Assembly (NCBI GenBank): GCA_951406725.2
Contig: OX597820.1
Coordinates: forward strand, 20,708,001 to 20,772,000
From: Octopus vulgaris
Taxonomy: Eukaryota
Length of the DNA stretch: 64,000 nucleotides
Direction: 5' to 3'
Below are positions 55,473 through 64,000 of this stretch, in pieces. Below the pieces are notes generated by a model. It was not told the origin of the DNA. It made no database searches and was given only the letters and a program-made list of their open reading frames with translations. The translations under genes and the position numbers were made by a program. The number at the start of each line of letters is the position of its first letter. Within the stretch, counting starts at the first letter, position 1.

Positions 55473-56267
55473 CATATATATATACATATATAAATACATA
55501 CACACATGCATATACATGTATGCGTTTGTGTGTGTGCGTGTGTGTACGTCACCGCGCGCGAAATAATAAGTTAAAACCTCACTATGATCAATTTTCCTTT
55601 ACGTACTTTTGGGATTCATGAAACATTGGATAATTTTCTTCATAAATTTTTTTTGCACTATTCTTCCTCTGTATTTGAGTTTCCTATTATAAATGAGCAA
55701 TATCGACAACACTATAAACGACATATTATTGACAATAAACAGTTGACATCTTAGATAAATGTATACTTCAGAAAAAAAAAACAACAACATTTTCTGGAAA
55801 TTTCTCCCATTGAAAACATCGGAAGTCCAATAATAATTTCGTTAGCTTTTGATTTTGTGGAGGAAGATTATATTTGTATAGACATTAACTAGTGCTTCTT
55901 CGTAAATAACTTCAGAATTATACAAGAAATTCTACATTTCCAACTGTCTTGCATTCCACTCCTACTCACATTGATTCCATATCATTCTGGTAGGCTGTCT
56001 TGTTAAAAGTGGCAGATGAGTGACAATATATTCACTCCAGTTAAAGAGTTTTATTTATATCACTTCATACTAACTCGGATGTCTCTGCTATTGATTGATT
56101 TCTTATCACTGATGCAGTATAATAGTACATTTCTATAGAATATGTCTTTGTCAGTATATTTTGGTAGAGTTAGATATATAACGAGAAAATATAATTTTCT
56201 CGTTATCTATGGCAATGTTTATTGTAATATATTATCAAACAAACTTTTGTAACTTAACAGCACAGTT

Positions 56268-56487
56268 CCCTTTCGTTACCAACCCGGTTGAAACCAGCTC
56301 TGGCTCTGTTGTACAGATGTCTTGTTTTCATAAGTTTTGAATTAAAATCTTCCACCAGACCTTAGTCACAATTTATGTTCCTAACACTAGCTGAATGATA
56401 ACTAAGTTATTTTACTAAATTCTTTGTTATATCTAAAGTAATTGAAAGAAATACAGAGCATCCAAAATAAATACAGTAACGAAAGGG
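56268..56487. mobile_element. piggyBac-like MITE
   Basis: TIR CCCTTTCGTTAC/GTAACGAAAGGG; TTAA on the right flank, left TTAA degenerate. Confidence 0.75.
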
Positions 56488-56649
56488 TTAATGGCGTCTT
56501 TATTTCATTTGTGTTATTAGAAAAAATTTGTCATGTTCTCTTTCTTTTCTGAAAGTACAAGGTGGCCTGGACGATGGTTTTAATAATTCTTTTATGTTCT
56601 ATTTTAAATTCATAATCATCATATACAGTATAAATACTCTCACACACAC

Positions 56650-57015
56650 ATAATATGGTTCAGGGTTCAGTCCGACTGCGCGGCATATTGGGCAGGTGTC
56701 TTCTACTAAAGCTTGAAGCCAACCAAGGCTTTGTGAGTGAATTTAGTAGACAGACAGTGAATGGAAGCCTGTCGTATACGTGTATATGTATGTTTGAACG
56801 TATGTATGTGTGTGCATATGTGTGTGTCTTTCTGTCAGTCTTTTGTCCTCCACTTCTATGTGGCAACCGGTGTTGGTGTGTTTACGTTTCGGTATCATAG
56901 CGTTTCGGCAAAAGAACCGACAGAATAAGTATTAGGCTTTAAAAAAAAACTGAAAACAACAACAAAAACTTCTTCATGGCGGTATCCCAGCATACGTACT
57001 GTCTAATGACAGATG
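56650..57015 (+). mobile_element. SINE family A, diverged
   Basis: Colinear with SINE A. Confidence 0.75.
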
Positions 57016-57424
57016 CAGATGTGCGCGTGTGTGTGTTTGTGTTTGTGTGTGTGTGTGTGCAATAGAAGGGATCATTCAACGCTGAAAAGAAAAATCAAGC
57101 AGCGCTTCAACTCTATGTGAGTATATGTGTGCATGTGTGTGCATGTACAAGGGAATTATGTGAATGTATGCATCTGTGATTATTATGTACCCTATTTATA
57201 TATAAATTACAACAATTAGCCGTCATTTTTCACACATCGGAGCCAGCTAGTTAAATAAATATTAAATACAGTATTAATTTACGTCGCCTGGCAAGACAGC
57301 AATAACGTTCACACTATACTGTAGTGTTAGTTCCGGGTTGTGTCGATTGATTACGTTCGTATTTGTATCCGGGAAATAAATAAAACAGCAATAGAAACAT
57401 ATAATCTGTATCGCATATTAAAAT

Positions 57425-57587
57425 TGTGGCTGTGTGGTAAGTAGCTTACTTACGAACCACATTGTTCCGGGTTCAGTCCCACTTCGTAGCACCTTGGGCG
57501 AGTGTCTTCTACTATAGCCTCGGGCCGACCAAAGCCTTGTGAGTGGATTTGGTAGACGGAATCTGAAAGAATCCCGTCGTATATATG

Positions 57588-57622
<35 letters not shown>

Positions 57623-57838
57623 ATTTGTATGTCTGTGTTTGTCCTCCCAACATCGCTTGACAACTGATGCTGGTGTGTTTACGTCCCCGTAACTTAGCGG
57701 TTCGGCAAAAGAGGCCGATAGAATAAGTACTAGGCTTACAAAGATTAAGCCCTGGGGTCGATTTGCTCGACTAAAAGGCGGTGCTCCAGCATGGCCACAG
57801 TCAAATGACTGAAACCAGTAAAAGAGTAAAGAGAGTAA
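57425..57838 (+). mobile_element. SINE family A
   Basis: Full head to tail. Confidence 0.9.
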
Positions 57839-58020
57839 GCCGGGCGAAATGCTTCGCGGTATTCGTCTTTACGTTCTGAATTCAAATTCTGCCGAGCTCG
57901 ACTTTACCTTTTATCCTTTCGGGGTCGCTAAATTAAGTACTTGTTGCGTACTTGGGTCGATCTAATCAACTGGCTCCCTCCCCCAAAATGTCGGGGTTTG
58001 TGCTTAGAGTAGAAAAGAAT
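57839..58020 (+). mobile_element. SINE family B, 5'-truncated
   Basis: Begins directly after the SINE A tail. Confidence 0.85.
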
Positions 58021-58567
58021 ATAAAAGTAGTCTAGGCTTGCCTAACAATTTACCGAATTCGTAGGCTAACATGAAAACAACCTAGGCTAGCCTAGGTTTT
58101 AATTATTACATTTTTATACATTTAAATAATGGTTATTTCGACTTAAGTCGTGTCATCTGGAACCAATTAACGATGTAGGGTAATGTATGATTGTATTTAT
58201 AAAAAGAATAAGTGACCTAGATCACAATATTCTCATGAACAGAAAGCTGGCCCCTTGCAAGTCTGGAGGCCAGCAACTTTGAGAGGAGAGGAAAATCTTT
58301 TACTTTGATCCCAGTGCTTGACTGATACTGTATTTTATCGATCGCGAAGTTGACCTCAGCGGGGTTTAAACTCTATTCGAAAACAGCCAAAAGAAAATGT
58401 CGCTATGCATTTTGTCCGACATGATAATGATTCTTCCAGTTCGTCAGGGTAAATTGCTACTTAAAAATTTACTGCAGAACACCTAATTAGACAAGTTTCA
58501 CTTAGAAATCGCTAAGCTCTCGTCGAAATCACAACGTATTTTCTATTTTGATCCTCACTTGAAAATA

Positions 58568-59115
58568 TTCTTTTCTACAATAGGAACAAGGCCCGAAATT
58601 CTGGGAGAGGGAAACAGTCGATAGGGTTGACCCCAGTACGCAGCTAGTACTTAATTTATCAACCTCGGCGGAAATTGAACTCAGAACATAAAGACAGATG
58701 AAATACCTATTTCTTTACTACTCACAAGGGGCTAAACACAGAGGGGACAAACAGGGACAGACAAACGGATTAAGTCGATTACATCGACCCCAGTGCGTAA
58801 CTGGTACTTAATTTATCGATCCCGAAAGGATGAAAGGCAAAGTCGACCTCGGCGGAATTTGAACTCAGAACGTAGCGGCAGACGAAATACCTATTTCTTT
58901 ACTACCCACAAGGGGCTAAACACAGAGGGGACAAACAAGGACAGACACACGAATTAAGTCGATTACATCGACTCCAGTGCGTAACTGATACTTGATTTAT
59001 CGACCCCAAAAGGATGAAAGGCAAAGTCGACCTCAGCGGAATTTGAACTCAGACCGTAAAGGCAGATGAAATACCGCTAAGCATTTCGCCCGGCGTGCTA
59101 ACGTTTCTGCCAGCT
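58568..59115 (-). mobile_element. SINE family B, three-module copy
   Basis: Reverse complement of head, three modules and tail. Confidence 0.9.
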
Positions 59116-59460
59116 CATTGCCTTCCCTACTTGAAAATATTGGCTACTTTTACCCTCATTCTTTTACTCATTTACACCAACTCGTTCCACCAATATGTGT
59201 TTTGCCTAATAAAAGCATAATTAATGCTTAAGTCGATTTACTCAAATCTACTATAATAATACTCTTCTGTATTTCTCTGTCACAACATGAATGAGAAAGG
59301 AAGGGGTGATAGATGAATAAGGAAGGAAGGAAGGAAGGAAGGAAGGGATGATGACAAACTTGGTAGTAGGATGATGAAAGTTCTACGGTGAAAACAAAAT
59401 CAAACAGCCTTTCAACTCTACATGAGTATATGTGTGTGTATGTAAAAGGAAGGCATGTGA

Positions 59461-59531
<71 letters not shown>

Positions 59532-60486
59532 GGAAGTAGGATGGTGGGCATTCAACGCTGAAAAGAAAAATCAAACAGCGTTTCAATTCTGTGTGAGTAT
59601 ATATGTGTGTGTGTGCGTATACAGGGAATTATGTGAATGTTTATATCTGTGATTATTATGTACCTTATTTTGTACCTTATTTATATATAAAATACTACAA
59701 TCAGCCGCCATTTTTGACGGCACGGGCACGGTAATTAATTTTATATTCAATTAAAGTGGTAACATATATCAATTGCATTTTGATTGATTCCTTTCCGTAG
59801 TGATTAAATGGCGACAAATTCAGTTTTACCAATCATCGTCTCTGTATCAAAAGCATCTACCAGTAATATACTGTGGTTGGTTTAAATTATCACACTTTCT
59901 CCAAAAATAATTGCATTATTCCATCGATCATCAGATCTGGTTTTCTTCAAAAACGTATTGGAAAACGTGTTGGTTGTTGAGAAATAATCAATATATTCTT
60001 TTTTTTTTTTTTTTTTTTTTGAGACAAAATTATTTGTCAAATAACAAAATCGAATATTTTATATATTAAAATATTTCGAGTTTTATAGCTGGATATCAGA
60101 AATTTTAAATCACTTGTTGTAGAATTTACTATTAGAAAAATCAAGTAATTTTTTTTTTTAAATTCTCCGAACTTTGAAACGACTAACTACGAAAGAACAA
60201 AGAAATAAAAGTTTGTCAAGCGTTGTAGTGTATAGAACGAGAGTGAAAAGGAAACCAAGAGGAAAATCTTTTGTGGTTAGTACAGGAGAAAGAGAAGAAA
60301 ATCGGAAAAGAAGAGATGTATGAAATGAAATGGAGAGAGAGGGGGAGAAGAAAGTGAGAGATAGAAAGAGAGGGAGAGAGAGAGAGAAAGAAACAACATG
60401 AAAAAATATACTCATAATATATTCCAAGATAAATTAGTTGGCAGATGTTTCTAAGTCTAATGACAATAAGTCAAGATTTTTAATGA

Positions 60487-60563
<77 letters not shown>

Positions 60564-60599
60564 TATTTATATATATATACACATATTTATATATATACA

Positions 60600-60634
<35 letters not shown>

Positions 60635-60637
60635 GCG

Positions 60638-60677
<40 letters not shown>

Positions 60678-60678
60678 C

Positions 60679-60720
<42 letters not shown>

Positions 60721-60948
60721 ATGGATGGATAGATGCATGGATGCATGAATGTATATATATAGTATGTGTGTGTGTGTTTGTGTGGTTTTGTAAATTGAGA
60801 ATTTGTACTTAATATACACATCATTAGTTCTCCATAAACATGCACGTAAAAATTTGGATATTTCTCAATGTCTGTCCTGTCTTTATCTGGGTTTCTTCTT
60901 GCCTGTCACTCTTCTACCTCTCTTTCTCAGTGCACACACACACATATA

Positions 60949-60998
<50 letters not shown>

Positions 60999-61082
60999 TA
61001 TGCATATACACACATATGTATATGTATACATATATACATGCCAATATATATATACAGAGATTGAGGTAGATAATTATATGGC

Positions 61083-61139
<57 letters not shown>

Positions 61140-61326
61140 TCTGTACTGTCTGCTCTGCGTCTAAACACGATATCTTTCCTATTTCACTCTTTTCCAGTCA
61201 AATGCCCAAATTAACGACAGACATCAGAGTGACGAAAGCAAATTCCATTAAAAATCAAATATCAAAAGAGAGCAGAAAACAAGAATTCACGTCGTATAAC
61301 AATGTCATTATCACCATCATGGGGCA

Positions 61327-61758
61327 ATGGTGGTGGTGATAACGATGATGATGATGATGACGACATTAATGATGATGATGATGATGGCATTGATGATGAT
61401 GGCATGGATGATGATGATGATAATGGTCGGTGGTGGTAGTGGTGGTTGAGGTAGTATTGATAGTGATGCAAAAGATGATGATGATGATGGTCGGTGGTGG
61501 TGTTGGTGGTGGTGGTGGTGGTGGTGGTGGTGGTAGTGGTGGTTGAGGTAGTATTGATAGTGATGCAAAAGATGATGATGATGATGGTCGGTGGTGGTGT
61601 TGGTGGTGGTGGTGGTGGTGGTGGTGGTGGTAGTGGTGGTTGAGGTAGTATTGATAGTGATGCAAAAGATGATGATGATGATGGTCGGTGGTGGTGTTGG
61701 TGGTGGTGGTGGTGGTGGTGGTAGTGGTGGTTGAGGTAGTATTGATAGTGATGCAAAA

Positions 61759-61789
<31 letters not shown>

Positions 61790-61833
61790 ATGATGATGAT
61801 GATGATGACGATGATGATGATGATGATGAAGAC

Positions 61834-61874
<41 letters not shown>

Positions 61875-62525
61875 CATTAATGATGATGATGATGATGATG
61901 ATGATGGCATTGATGATGATGGCATTGATGATGATGGCATGGATGATGATGGCATGGATGATGATGATGATGATAATGGTCGGTGGTGGTAGTGGTGATG
62001 GTGGTAGTGGTGGTTGAGGTAGTATTGATAGTGATGCAAAAGATGATGATGATTATGATGATGATGATGACGATGATGATGATGATGATGAAGACGGTGA
62101 TGATGATGAAGACGATGATGATGATGATGATGATGATGATGAAGACGATGATGATGATGATGATGACGATGATGATGATGATGATGACGACGACGACGAC
62201 GATGATGATGATGACGATGATGATGATGATGATGATGACGACGACGACGACGATGATGATGATGATGAGAGGGTGAAGGAGGAATGGCGAGAAAGAGAAG
62301 AATAGGAGAAGAGGGAGAGGGAGCGGAAAAATGTGATGGATGAGAGTAACGATGGTAATACTGCTCATGATGATGATGATGATGATGTTGATGAAGACGA
62401 TGATGATGATGAAGACGATGCTGATGATGAAGACGATGATGATGATGAAGACGATGATGATGATGATGATGATGACGACGACGACGACGATGATGACGAC
62501 GACGACGATGATGATGATGACGATG

Positions 62526-62557
<32 letters not shown>

Positions 62558-62757
62558 GACGACGACGACGACGATGATGACGACGACGACGATGATGATG
62601 ATGGTGGTGATGATGATGATGATGACGATGATGACGATGACGATGACGATGATGACGATGACGATGATGATGATGATGATGATGACGACGACGATGATGA
62701 TGATGACGACGATGATGGTGTTGACGATGTTGAGGATAACGATGACCATGGATGATG
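61327..62757. repeat. Compound (GAT)n/(GGT)n/(GAC)n array with higher-order unit
   Basis: GGTAGTGGTGGTTGAGGTAGTATTGATAGTGATGCAAAAGATG recurs five times. Confidence 0.95.
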
Positions 62758-63194
62758 AAAATGTTTGCCAAGGATTCAATCCCGCTCCCTTGCTCCCCCG
62801 TCACCCCCTATATCTCTCTCCCACCTTCTCTCTTTCTCTACCCACTCTCTCTCTCTCTGTCCACTCACTCTTTCCTTCTCTCTCCATCTCTCTCTATCTC
62901 TCTCCCCACCTCTTTCCTTCTTTTAGTTGAAACAGCTGCGTTAGTTTCCTTTAAACGACACAGTTGCCAAGCAACAGGTACCATTTTTTGATCTCTGCCT
63001 TTTCTCCCTCTTATGATAGACATATGATAAGTTACTGCAACAACAGCCAAAATACCAATAAATATTATGGCTACTCATGTTTTCTAATCACATTGAGCAA
63101 TAACTCAAATTATCCAACGAAAGATCTTCTAGGTGGTCGTCCTGAACAGCTGGAAATAACAGCAGAACGTCTCTCAAGCCACACCGTAATAGTA

Positions 63195-63365
63195 GCCATA
63201 TTTCGTCTACCGTTACGTTCTGAGTTCAAATTCTACCGAGGTTGACTTTGCCTTTCATCCTTTTGGGGACGATAAATTAAGTTCCAGTTGCGTATTGGGT
63301 TCGATCTAATCAACTGGCCCCCTCCCTCAAAATTTCGGGCCTTGTGCCAAGAGTAGAAAAGAACC
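63195..63365 (+). mobile_element. SINE family B, 5'-truncated
   Basis: Module plus tail. Confidence 0.85.
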
Positions 63366-63464
63366 GCTAGCACCATTCTCTCCTCAAAAATGTCTGCCCT
63401 TGTGAAAAAATTTGAAATAATAATAATAATAATAATAATAATGATAATAATAATAATAATAATA

Positions 63465-63527
<63 letters not shown>

Positions 63528-63528
63528 G

Positions 63529-63925
63529 AAGGCGGCGAGCTGGCAGAAACGTTAGCATGCCGGGCGAAATGCTTAGCGGTATTTCGTCTGCCGCTACGTT
63601 CTGAGTTCAAATTCCGCCGAGGTCGACTTTGCCTTTCATTCTTTCGGGGTCGATAAATAAGTACCAGTTACACATTGGGGTCGATATAATCGACTTAATC
63701 CGTTTGTCTGTCTTTGTTTGTCCTCTCTGTGTTTAGCCCCTTGTGTGTAGTAAAGAAATAGGTATTTCTTCTGCCGCGGCCTTGCGAGTTCAAATTCCGC
63801 AAAGGTCGACTTTTGCCTTTCAGCTTTCGGGGTCGATTAAATAAGTACCAGTTACACACTGGAGTCAATGTAATCGACTATTCCCCTTCCCTCAAATTTC
63901 AGGCCTTGTGCCTACTGCAAAAAGG
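63529..63925 (+). mobile_element. SINE family B, two-module copy
   Basis: Head, two modules and tail. Confidence 0.9.
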
Positions 63926-64000
63926 TTTATCATCATCATCATCATCATCATCACCACCACCACCACCACCACCACCACATCATGAAGAATTACATTAGAC

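Noticed and set aside
61430-62045. CRISPR-like repeat-spacer pattern
   Set aside because: Spacers are microsatellite, context is eukaryotic, no cas genes
61788-62804. 338-aa His-rich and 140-aa Asp-rich ORFs as metal-binding or biomineral proteins
   Set aside because: Pure trinucleotide repeat open in several frames on both strands; no signal peptide or splice support

Overview
AT-rich, microsatellite-saturated animal genomic DNA, probably intergenic or intronic. The SINE families suggest an octopus or other coleoid cephalopod, but this is inferred and not shown. No host protein-coding exon could be supported; most predicted ORFs are translations of (TA)n/(CA)n/(GATA)n/(GAT)n repeats. Real coding remnants are all from mobile elements: a hAT-type transposase pseudogene, a CR1-group LINE joined 5'-to-5' to an RTE LINE, mariner/Tc1 fragments, an RLE-type (R4/Dong-like) LINE fragment, and Penelope-like (PLE) N-terminal and GIY-YIG fragments. 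There are also four tRNA-derived SINE families, non-autonomous Helitrons and MITEs. The main unexplained signal is about 13 type I hammerhead ribozyme motifs from several unrelated sequence families. They lie in short non-coding elements mostly within or next to (TA)n tracts, often as asymmetric fold-back pairs, consistent with PLE pseudo-LTR or retrozyme-like elements. One family carries a G3:C8 swapped catalytic core. All structures were folded by eye and need computational and experimental confirmation.
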